Part shown: one piece after another, positions 1-11,700 of the stretch
Layout: every line of letters starts with the position of its first letter
How positions within the stretch are numbered: the stretch's first letter is position 1
Origin: Trichoplax adhaerens
Taxonomy: Eukaryota; Animalia; Placozoa
Reading direction: 5' to 3'
Length of the DNA: 64,000 nucleotides
Assembly (NCBI RefSeq): GCF_000150275.1
Contig: NW_002060953.1
Coordinates: 166,286-230,285, forward strand
Notes under the pieces: model-generated
The model's database searches: none
The model's input: the letters and a program-made list of their open reading frames with translations, nothing else
What the model was told of the DNA's origin: nothing
Position numbers and translations under genes: made by a program

Positions 1-282
1 ATACGCGTAGAAATTGCTAAAATAAAGTATCTGTATATAGGCTTGTAGTGCCATTTAAATTTTAAGATTCCTTTGTATTAACTAGCTAAGTAATAATCTA
101 GTTATGAGTTCTAAGTACTATAATTCTAACTAATTGATCAAATACAAGTGAAGTGAAGTAGGACAGATCGTGCTAGGACGTATATCGCAAGCAAGAATTA
201 TTTAACGAGAACTGTTAAACTTGAATCCGTTAGGTCACTTATATTAAAATTCGATGTTATAGCCATTCATCATTATTGTTGG

Positions 283-329
283 CATACTAATGGCTAGTTG
301 ATGCCATACTAATGGCTAGTTGATGCCAT
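283..329. repeat. 22-bp perfect tandem duplication (catactaatggctagttgatgc x2 + cat)
   Basis: Units at 283-304 and 305-326 read directly. Confidence 0.9.
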
Positions 330-1501
330 CCAGTAGTTCAAGACTGAAAGTGATGATTCTAATTTGCTCAAAAGCATTGTTAAATTTTTGTATTTTAATA
401 ATAATAGTGTGATATCATTCATATAATAGTTATGCCCTTAGATGTTTTACATTTGTATCAATAAAAAGACGAATTCATGTCGTATAAGTAGCAACAACTA
501 TAATATAATGTTGACGTGCTTATTATTTTGCTAGATTAATAGGTGAACTATGTTCATGAGTATAACTTAAATAATTACAGAAATTATTCTCTAATTGAAC
601 CTCAAAAGAATGAATTTGAACATCTTTTATTACTTTAGAGAATGCTATATAAGCTCTGACGATATTTACAGTATTTAGCGTATACTTCAGGCATTTTTAC
701 AGGTAAAGATTAATAAGAAATTTCATACCCAATTACTTTATATAAAATATCGTAGTAATATCGCATCGTTTAGTCCCCCAGAAATTTTATGATTAGTATT
801 CGCTACTAAACCCATTCTCACTATCTATTAGATACCTCTACATCTTTTTTAACAAATTCTCAAACTCATCTCTTTCACTCTGGTTATAACAGTAATCTTA
901 ATATGCTATTCCAATACTCTAAATATACAATTCATAATTACAGTAAAATGAAACGACGCTATTAATATATTATTCTCTTATCTAGATAATAACTTAACAC
1001 TATCGTATAAGATATTTCTTATTCGATCAAGAATGCAGCATTATAGGTAATTTTTATGCGTGTATCTCTACTGAGGTGTAATAACTGCAATAAACCTTTA
1101 TGTAATTAAAAATAACGCCATCAATACCTGTCTTCCGGCCTATTGGAAATTCTTAAAGATCAGTCCATCCAATGCAAGTTGAATTATTTATAGGTTTTTT
1201 GCTAGACGACTAATTATAATTAATAGAAAAGTACTACATAGATAATTAATCAATAAAATGTCATTTTCGAGGAATAAATGCATCCAAAAGCTCACCCCTC
1301 GAGTCAAGTTCTGAACAAACAGTGGCTTACAGTAGCATCAATTTGATAATGATGTTTCCTTAGTATCTTTATACACACCTATAAATATACTTGCATTACA
1401 AAATAGTGTCACTTTTGAAAATTTATGGAAGGAACTCTTTAAACCATTTATCACCTAGGAATTTAATCGATACTTATACCAATACCACTCTCATAGATAT
1501 T

Positions 1502-2488
1502 ATGGCTACTATAACAACACAAAATTCAACATGGACAAGCAACGCTAGCAAAGAACCCGGCTTCATAACTTGGGAAAGGCTAAGTCCAAACGATCCGAGA
1601 TTTATTTTGGCTGTAACTTCTTGTTCATTTATCTGCTTTATAGCAATATTTGGCAACTTGCGTAACTTAATAATGATATATAACTGCCGAAGATTACACG
1701 ATATGAACAATTTATGTATCTGTAATTTAGCCGTAGTTGATTTTCTAACTGGCCTTATTGTTTTACCTTTGGGAATATCTACGTTAGCTGCAAAGACATT
1801 AGGATACCTACTTTGCCAAATTCAAGGATTTTTTACGTTACTCTTGTACTTATCTTCGTTAGCAGCAACATCAATAATAAGTGTAGATCGATGTAGTGCA
1901 GTTGTTAATCCTTTTGGCTACAAAAGTCATATAACTGTATCTAAATGTGCCTTTATCGCTACTTTTACTTGGTTCATACCGAGTATTATTTCTATATTAC
2001 CGCTACTTGGCTTTGAGAGAATTGGCCTTGGTAAATTCTATGTCTTACTCATTTGCGGTATCTCCTTCGATCACCCAATAGAAAATTTTATAGTTTCATG
2101 GATACTGACGATATTTTTGGTAGTCAACATAGTAACAATCTGTATGAGCTACTTAGTTATTTTTACTGTAGCATATCGGAAAACTGTGCAAGATTTAACT
2201 CGAAACAGCAAATTATCTCGATCGATTCGAACCACTGGTTTAATTGTTGGAACTAACTTCCTTTTTTGGCTGCCATACATTGTTCTTAATGTACAGGATT
2301 TCGTCTATAATACCTCGGTCCCTCCAGTACCAACGACATTGAACTATTTTACGACCATTGCATGTCTCATGGCACTGAGTAGTCCTGCTATTAATCCAAT
2401 AATTTATGCAGCAACGAGTAAACACTTGCGAAAGCGATTTACTAGAGTCGGAATACCCTCTCAATCTACGTATGTAGGTAGAAAATAA
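1502..2488 (+). CDS. Intronless rhodopsin-like (class A) GPCR, orphan
   Basis: Seven hydrophobic segments with GN (TM1), LAVVD (TM2), C at the top of TM3, DRC (DRY variant), FWLP (TM6) and NPIIY (TM7). N-glycosylation sequons NST and NAS lie in the N-terminus. The first in-frame ATG is at 1502; the ORF track start at 1391 is TTG. Confidence 0.93.
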   Translation: MATITTQNSTWTSNASKEPGFITWERLSPNDPRFILAVTSCSFICFIAIFGNLRNLIMIYNCRRLHDMNNLCICNLAVVDFLTGLIVLPLGISTLAAKTLGYLLCQIQGFFTLLLYLSSLAATSIISVDRCSAVVNPFGYKSHITVSKCAFIATFTWFIPSIISILPLLGFERIGLGKFYVLLICGISFDHPIENFIVSWILTIFLVVNIVTICMSYLVIFTVAYRKTVQDLTRNSKLSRSIRTTGLIVGTNFLFWLPYIVLNVQDFVYNTSVPPVPTTLNYFTTIACLMALSSPAINPIIYAATSKHLRKRFTRVGIPSQSTYVGRK

Positions 2489-4186
2489 AGTAATATGCTT
2501 TTTGTTTTTAAGTTATTATTAGTAAACCACACATGTAGTTGCATTCTAGAACTACACTTTTAGTCTACCTTCACATAGTTGACCTTCACAGTTTAAGCTG
2601 CTTTTGCCTTTCGAGTAATTTATATACTGGTAATTATTTCTCTATTCGTCTACATTCAAATTAACAATCGACTCTAGCTAATAATTTATTACAATAGTAT
2701 GAAAAGTGGTTAATAACAAGCTTCAAATAAAACACCAGTCACTACAATTTACGTAAGCGAAAATTAATCCATACGCTAGTACTTGGTCTACATTCTTTTA
2801 TTCGTGTTAGATTTGTGCCTTGACAATTACCTTAAACAGAACTAGTGTGCAGGATGAAAATTGTAAAGCATTTATTGCGGTGTAAATGCGTACATTTTCA
2901 TTTCGATAAAATCATTGCCTTATTATCATATAAAATATAATTATGATAAAATAGAACTAGGTAAACACAAAACATCGAACACAGATGTTGCAATTCAGGA
3001 ATTATATTTTAAATTATTGAATCGATAGGATGTACAAATATTGATTAATTGTGTTAGGTAGCCAATATCTTATGACACTTCTCAACTTTCTGTTATCATC
3101 GGATATATATAATGAAAATAAATTAGAATAAAACCGTAAGGGTTTAGTTCATCTTTATTTTATTAAGAGATTCTCTAAAAATTATCTAAAAACCAAGCTT
3201 TATTACTTTCAAAATCAGCTAAGTAACATGATTACTAAGCGTAAATGTTTAGTACAATCAGACTGCTTTACGGTAGTTACTAGGTAGTCTCCAGTAGACT
3301 GGGGTAGTTTCAAAATACTTTTTTACAAAGTTTCGTCTTGTCATCCACGACCGGTCTCCATATAAAAGCAGAAATATATGTGTGAACTACAACTCTATAC
3401 CATCGTAATCTATAGAAATCCCTAGAAATATATCATAGATAGCATGGATAAACATGCAAGTTATTCACTGCTGCATGTTGTTTGCCCAAATACGGAACGA
3501 GTAAACTTGTAATTAAGACAGCCAAATTAAAGTAACTGTTACATGCATGATTGGATCCTTAAGCTACGTAACAATCATATAAATGGATGAACGAGACGAC
3601 ACAACGAATAAAAGATGACTATAAAACTAAAATTTATCGTCAATTCTATAGGCTATTACAGCAGTATAGTAATTATAAAAGAAAAAATGTGAGCCGATAA
3701 TATATACAGCAATCAATTTGAAAATGATTCTAGAACTAACGCAAGCCGCAGCTCATACTCTGTTTATTTAAAGATAAAGTCACCTCAATGAGATAAAAAT
3801 GCTAAAATATGCAATATTTAAGTACGAATAAGAATCAATAACAAAATAATTCAATTTCAGAACATCATCTGATATTCTTTGTGAAATGAGTAAATAAAAC
3901 TTTGGAAGAAAGAACTCATATCAGCTTGATTAATGGACGAGAATAAAAATGTCATGGACTGATGCATTCGAGAGAAAAATCTTCTTGAAAAATATCGACG
4001 TGCGTATGTTTGTATTAATATAAACCATCATACGTTTTGGTCAAGGTCTCATCGAACAATTATTACAGTGTTGCAGTATTTTAAAAATATGGGTATATGT
4101 TGTATGTTGACCTTGCAGCAATTATAGGTTGAAGATAACTGGACAAAAGCGAATAGTGCATACTGTATATTGTTTGAAAGACCAGA

Positions 4187-4413
4187 NNNNNNNNNNNNNN
4201 NNNNNNNNNNNNNNNNNNNNNNNNNNNNNNNNNNNNNNNNNNNNNNNNNNNNNNNNNNNNNNNNNNNNNNNNNNNNNNNNNNNNNNNNNNNNNNNNNNNN
4301 NNNNNNNNNNNNNNNNNNNNNNNNNNNNNNNNNNNNNNNNNNNNNNNNNNNNNNNNNNNNNNNNNNNNNNNNNNNNNNNNNNNNNNNNNNNNNNNNNNNN
4401 NNNNNNNNNNNNN
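4187..4413. other. Assembly gap (N run)
   Basis: Run of N. The homologous sequence in copy 2 (about 9390-9598) spans it. Confidence 0.99.
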
Positions 4414-7146
4414 GAAAGTTTTATTAATAAAATTTGAATCGCCATTTTATCAACGTAGCTGATGGGATAAGTGATCACACACAGCATTATCTACGTGCAA
4501 CTGAAAGATTAGCTTGATTCCTGACATATTAACCGAATTGGTAAAATATAAATATCGGACGTTAATGAGCAATTTTATCGCGGTCATATTTTTTGAATTA
4601 ATTAATTAAATCAGGTTCTTTTACACTCGCATCCTAAACCAATACAACAAAAACGGATAAAAATCGAGTGCTCTGCATGTAATAGCCTCACTACTACTAA
4701 GTCAGGTTCGTAAATTATTGATCTTAGACCGACTTACACATTTGGGTACAGTCTATAAGCTGTCAGTCCCGGTTCTAGTACTTGGCATAAGAGCGAATAC
4801 CGTACTTCACCGTTTTATCATCAGCCACGGCCCACTAACATACTTTATTCTATCCAAACCGTTACACTACCATGCTCACAAAGTTGTCTTTCTATTGATT
4901 TCAATCTAGACTATATAATCACATGGTAATAAACACTGTAAGAGATAATTGGAAATAATTTACTTTTTATTCTAATCCAATTCAGGCAAACATTAAATGC
5001 AATTGTAGTGATTACTGTATTTGATTTTCAATATCGAGCCCTCATACAATAGTATCACAAATGCATATTACTATAAAACTACGCCATCACTTCCTTTCTT
5101 TTGCACTATAATCTTTATTCATACAATCCTTATTTATGCTTTAAATTCAATCAAGAAAATCAATTAACATCTTTTCATTCTTCGTTCCTCTATGCCGCAT
5201 CTAATTAAACAAACGAATACCAGTTGGCACTACACCGAATAGAATTGTTTATTAGTTAAATTTCACTATGCATGATAAAGTGGCGGCGCATCTACTGTAC
5301 GTATAATAATAATTTAAACAAGGAAAACACAGGAAAAGCCCTCGTTGCAATCTCATAAATAGAAATGACGAAATCTAATAAGGTAGTGAAATTTCGCCAT
5401 CGTCTCTTAATGGATGAGAGCGAGAAATTATCGGTGAATTTGCCGCTTTAAATACGGCACTTTTATAATTTAAATCTATTGATTGACGCATTGAAATAAA
5501 AATAGGAGCTGATTCGATATTGCCCAAACGATATGTACAATCTTTATTATCGCATCTTCTTGCGCAAATGAGCGAATTTCATAGCATATTTTATTGCGTC
5601 CATGATCATAAATTACAACAAATAGCAGTAACTTCTTGCCAATACTAGTCAAATATCAACCACTGTTAATTATATCTGTCAATAATGTACAGATATGGGT
5701 AGATTAGTGTTATAAAAGATCGTAGGCATACGATAAGGAATAGATTTGACCTTCTCTGGGGTCAACTAATTGTATCGCATCATTATTTTAGTGCCTTATT
5801 ATTGACACTGTAGTCGTGGCTATGAATGGACGAGTATTTAATGAACACATACAGCTTTTAACAACAAACGCAAATAGGCAGTGGAAAGAATTTGGGAGTA
5901 TTTAAGGTTAACTTTGACGTCATCCTATGCATTGCCAGATTTGGATTCGATTAATACGACTTTCGCCTCAAAATATCGACGATCACCAATAAAATTGACA
6001 TTTTGAAGTGGAAGGAACACTATGAAAACAGAAGGCCGTGGTATCTGTAGTCAACGTAATGGTCCTATTTAAAGAATGATTTTATTTTATTATTTTTATA
6101 TCGTTGCAATCAGCCAGCATTCGATACTTTGTATAATCATACTAATAAAAATTAATACTAAGGGTAAATTAGTATTATTCTGCTAACTGCCAGTAACAGT
6201 AGTAGGCGATAGCTGGTATGATGATGAGACGCAGGCAGTTTGTCGTATAATCCACCAATTTGCTGAATTTTATGATGGAAGAAAGTGAACAAATTTCTAT
6301 TTACAGTATTATGTTCTAAATCGTAGCACGTCATGATAACTGCAACCATATAACTTCTACGGTACTTATAATTAAATCGAACTTATTTCGTTGTCCATGA
6401 ATAGGATATTTTTCGTCACAAGGCTTTGTATGACAAGTTTATTGAGAACCATTGAACGTTTCATCTGTATTAAATAGATTTTGCTACTCAAATAACATTC
6501 AATGTCATTCTATTTCATGGACCATCAGAAGAATGCGTCTTTGACGAGTGATCCATATCTAGTCATACTGTATTGCTATTCCGACAATATTGCACGACGC
6601 TGATGCTGAATATTCTACACTTTACTGTTCCTCTTTTCTTGGCTCACTGCAAGAAGACGATTCAATTGACATTATTGCAATCATCTTTGAACGTTGCATA
6701 TAGTTAGAAGCTGAGTTCAGAGTAAAACATGCAAAGGAACATTCTACGCGTGTTTTGGAGAATAAGAGTTGAGACTTGATCGAGTGAGATTTCCTTCACC
6801 ATAGTCTGCTAAACTACATCTGGTCCATCGTGTACCGACATGACAGTGCATCGTCTACTAAATTAGTGTACTGTACTGAGTGATCACTACACATTGCATA
6901 TTCCACATTAGTCATTGCCTTCTTGGATAAGGTTGCTGACATTAAGACAATGAAGGTAAGGTCTCTGTACTAATAACAATCCTTCTGTACTGACGTTAAT
7001 CACTATTCTTATCAATTCATGTTACAGCCAAAGACTTGGTTATGACAGTACTTTAGTATGCAGACAGTCGATTTTGAATTGAATCCTTTTATGGAAAGTT
7101 AGTCATGGACTACTGGATACTATCGACCGGTATGATTACGTGACTT

Positions 7147-7332
7147 TGTAAAATAGTTGGAGCGACTGAGCCACATCGCAGTTTAGTCTTAATCAATTGT
7201 TATGCTATTTTTCTTACATTTGACAATAACTTAATAAATATCTTATTTATACCTATTTCTTATAGGTAAATGTATTCGTCAATACATAAGATAAAGTTTT
7301 AACTGTAATTGTAAAATAGTTGGAGCGACTGA
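7147..7332 (+). repeat. 140-bp insertion (7170-7309) flanked by 23-bp direct repeats, homologous to 17819-17963
   Basis: tgtaaaatagttggagcgactga occurs at 7147-7169 and 7310-7332, but only once at the empty site 12285-12307. Confidence 0.9.
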
Positions 7333-8306
7333 TAGTTTGTATTAGAAACTTGATAGAAATCCAATGATTCAATTCTGCGATAAACAGTAATCAAAATATC
7401 AAGAACCCATTGTTTAAGGTTGTACTGATCTGTCTGCAAGGAATTGGAGGCAAATTGAAAGTCTATTTCTTCAAAGTTGATAGGACATAATTTAAAGCAA
7501 CACTATCGCTGAACATCTTTCAACTATTTTCCAGGGCTGGTCACGCTCTGTCATAGTCTTCTATACCGTATCCTATCTAGTATCTAATAGTCCATGATTG
7601 TTATTACAGTCAGTACAGTCATACTGGACTTGGAAAAGTCCGTCTGTCGGAGTGGCGTACCGTAAATTCGTGAAAAGTGCACTTCAGTACTGCACAGTAG
7701 AGGTTTCGACCTGCTGTACTGCGCAGTACAACTGCCGACCTGAGAACGGTCCGGTTCGAAAGCGGTTCAGATTCAGGTTCTTATACTGTACATACAGTAA
7801 ATCATAAAGGTATTGAACCGAACCGAACCGAACTGAACCTTTCTCCAGTCGAAGTACAGTACAGTACAAGTCTCTAAACAGTCCGGTTTGCTGTCTGGCA
7901 GTTCTAACTTCTAATTGTACTGTACTGTACTCTATCCTTTTGTTCTGAGGATTTGACTAAAATTTCACTTAGTACTGTAGAGTCATGGTAGAGCTTTGAC
8001 ATATAAATTGATATTTTTTATATTTTTTATTACGATAGTTTAATTTTTACACATCTAAGCTATTGATTGATAGCAAATTTGTCTAATTTAGTCATGATAT
8101 TACGTTTTCATATCATTTCAATTGTCGTAGATTTTTTATGAGACAACCTTTACTGTAGAGGTTTTGACCTTCTGTACAGTACTTTACAACTTGCCCAGTC
8201 CGGTTTGCACTCTGGCAGTTCAAACGACTTTGTACTCTACGGTACTGTACCATCTGTACTTTCATCCCCTTGAGATTCCGTGAAGCCTGAACCTCATGAA
8301 ACCAAG

Positions 8307-8694
8307 ATGGCGGACAAGCTTTCAGCTCCATTACTGCTGATACTGTCAACGGTATACTTATTACAACAAGTGAGTCATAGTTATTCATCCCATAATGTTT
8401 CATTGATCCATGGTGATGATCATGATTGCCTTTCAATACGTTCAATGGAGCCTAATGATGTTGTGGAAACTTAGTTGCAATGCTGATGGAGGATACAAAT
8501 ACTGTGACAGTGCTTTTCTAGCCACAATGGATACACTACAGTAGTTGTTGGTGTTGCTAATGGCAATGTGTTAATAGAATCAAGTTTTCTTACTAGGTAG
8601 ACTGCCTTGCCGATACTCCTGTAGAACGACCCTTCTCCTTGATGCTACCAATCGAGCATGCATTTGGTAAATATGTTGAAAAGTAAAGTACTTG
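8307..8694 (+). other. EMC10: Partial duplicate of EMC10 (exons 1-2), cut by the gap
   Basis: Matches 13282-13668 and ends at the N gap. Confidence 0.85.
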
Positions 8695-8744
8695 NNNNNN
8701 NNNNNNNNNNNNNNNNNNNNNNNNNNNNNNNNNNNNNNNNNNNN
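8695..8744. other. Assembly gap (50 N)
   Basis: Run of N separating the two duplicated copies. Confidence 0.99.
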
Positions 8745-11700
8745 CTGCATGATTGGAGCCTTAATCTACGTAACAATCATATAAATGGATGAACGAGACG
8801 ACACAACGAATAAAAGATGACTATAAAACTAAAATTTATCGTCAATTCTATAGGCTTTTACAGCAGTATAGTAATTATAAAAGAAAAAATGTGAGCCGAT
8901 AATATATACAGCAATCAATTTGAAAATGATTCTAGAACTAACGCAAGCCGCAGCTCATACTCTGTTTATTTCAAGATAAAGTCACCTCAATAAGATAAAA
9001 ATGCTAAAATATGCAATATTTCAGTACGAATAAGAATCAATAACAAAATAATTCAATTTCAGAACATCATCTGATATTCTTTCGTGAAATGAGTAAATAA
9101 AATTTTGGAAGAAAGAACTCATATCAGCTTGATTAATGGACGAGAATAAAAATGTCATGGACTGATGCATTCGAGAGAAAAATCTTCTTGAAAAATATCG
9201 ACGTGCGTAAGTTTGTATTAATATAAACCATCATACGTTTTGGTCAAGGTCTCATCGAACAATTATTACAGTGTTGCAGTATTTTAAAAATATGGGTATA
9301 TGTTGTATGTTGACCTTGCAGCAATTATAGGTTGAAGATAACTGGACAAAAGCGAATAGTGCATACTGTATATTGTTTTGAAAGACCAGTAAAATATCTC
9401 ACTCGCGAGTTTGCACATATGTACTTTTTGGACTGCTATTAAATATATCACTACTTTATAACTATTTTACTATTGCGGCCATTGTTAAGATCATTTTCTA
9501 TATCGGACGATTTTTATTTTTTTTTGTACTTTTTCCACTATAAAATTATTGGAGTAAATCAAGATCTCCTCTGCCTGACATTACTATATCGTAATCTCGA
9601 AAGTTTTTATTAATAAAATTTTGAATCGCCATTTTATCAACGTAGCTGATGGGATAAGTGATCACACACAGCATTATCTACGTGCAACTGAAAGATTAGC
9701 TTGATTCCTGACATATTAACCGAATTGGTAAAATATAAATATCGGACGTTAATGAGCAATTTTATCGCGGTCATATTTTTTGAATTAATTAATTAAATCA
9801 GGTTCTTTTACACTCGCATCCTAAACCAATACAACAAAAACGGATAAAAATCGAGTGCTCTGCATGTAATAGCCTCACTACTACTAAGTCAGGTTCGTAA
9901 ATTATTGATCTTAGACCGACTTACACATTTGGGTACAGTCTATAAGCTGTCAGTCCCGGTTCTAGTACTTGGCATAAGAGCGAATACCGTACTTCACCGT
10001 TTTATCATCAGCCACGGCCCACTAACATACTTTATTCTATCCAAACCGTTACACTACCATGCTCACAAAGTTGTCTTTCTATTGATTTCAATCTAGGCTA
10101 TATAATCACATGGTAATAAACACTGTAAGAGATAATTGGAAATAATTTACTTTTTATTCTAACCCAATTCAGGCAAACATTAAATGCAATTGTAGTGATT
10201 ACTGTATTTGATTTTCAATATCGAGCCCTCATACAATAGTATCACAAATGCATATTACTATAAAACTACGCCATCACTTCCTTTCTTTTGCACTATAATC
10301 TTTATTCATACAATCCTTATTTATGCTTTAAATTCAATCAAGAAAATCAATTAACATCTTTTCATTCTTCGTTCCTCTATGCCGCATCTAATTAAACAAA
10401 CGAATACCAGTTGGCACTACACCGAATAGAATTGTTTATTAGTTAAAATTTCACTATGCATGATAAAGTGGCGGCGCATCTACTGTACGTATAATAATAA
10501 TTTAAACAAGGAAAACACAGGAAAAGCCCTCGTTGCAATCTCATAAATAGAAATGACGAAATCTAATAAGGTAGTGAAATTTCGCCATCGTCTCTTAATG
10601 GATGAGAGCGAGAAAATATCGGTGAATTTGCCGCTTTAAATACGGCACTTTTATAATTTAAATCTATTGATTGACGCATTGAAATAAAAATAGGAGCTGA
10701 TTCGATATTGCCCAAACGATATGTACAATCTTTATTATCGCATCTTCTTGCGCAAATGAGCGAATTTCATAGCATATTTTATTGCGTCCATGATCATAAA
10801 TTACAACAAATAGCAGTAACTTCTTGCCAATACTAGTCAAATATCAACCACTGTTAATTATATCTGTCAATAATGTACAGATATGGGTAGATTAGTGTTA
10901 TAAAAGATCGTAGGCATACGATAAGGAATAGATTTGACCTTCTCTGGGGTCAACTAATTGTATCGCATCATTATTTTAGTGCCTTATTATTGACACTGTA
11001 GTCGTGGCTATGAATGGACGAGTATTTAATGAACGCATACAGCTTTTACAACAAATCAAATAGGCAGTGGAAAGAATTTGGGAGTATTTAAGGTTAACTT
11101 TGATGTCATCCTATGCATTGCCATATTTGGATTCGATTAATACGACTTTCGCCTCAAAATATCGACGATCACCAATAAAATTGACATTTTAAAGTGGAAG
11201 GAACACTATGAAAACAGAAGGCCGCGGTATCTGTAGTCAATGTAATGGTCCTAGTTAAAGAATGATTTTATTTTATTATTTTTATATCGTTGCAATCAGC
11301 CAGCATTCGATACTTTGTATAATCATACTAATAAAAATTAATACTAAGGGTAAATTAATATTATTCTGCCAACTGCCAGTAACAGTAGTAGACGATAGCT
11401 GGTATGATGATGAGACGCAGGCAGTTTGTCGTATAATCCACCAATTTACTGAATTTTATGATGGAAGAAAGTGAACAAATTTCTATTTACAGTATTATGT
11501 TCTAAATCGTAGCACGTCATGATAACTGCAACCATATAACTTCTACGATACTTATAATTAAATCGAGCTTATTTCGTTATCCATGAATAGGATATTTTTC
11601 GTCACAAGGCTTTGTATGACAAGTTTATTGAGAACCATTGAATGTTTCATCTGTAGTAAATAGATTTTTCTACTCAAACAACATTCAATGTCATTCTATT

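Larger units (their letters stand above)
3544..8694 (+). repeat. Copy 1 of a ~5 kb near-identical duplication (copy 2 = 8745-13668)
   Basis: Colinear identity from 'tgcatgattgg' to 'aaagtaaagtactt'. The ORF track repeats the same ORFs (4718/9905, 7598/12573, 8280/13255). Copy 1 ends at an N gap. Confidence 0.95.

Noticed and set aside
3523-3540. 18-bp exact match caaattaaagtaactgtt, also at 29063-29080, each downstream of a GPCR
   Set aside because: The orientation relative to the two genes is opposite, the match does not extend, and such a match is plausible by chance in AT-rich 64 kb.
4122-4487. ORF-track ORFs spanning the N run
   Set aside because: Artefacts of translating through the gap.
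6350-7560. Possible degenerate gene or transposon in the divergent part of the duplication
   Set aside because: The frames I examined have frequent stops and no recognisable domain.
7598-8445. Short ORFs rich in Y/C/T/V/Q (also 12573-13420 and 52431-52671)
   Set aside because: By-products of the TACAG/CTGTA low-complexity clouds, with no protein signature.
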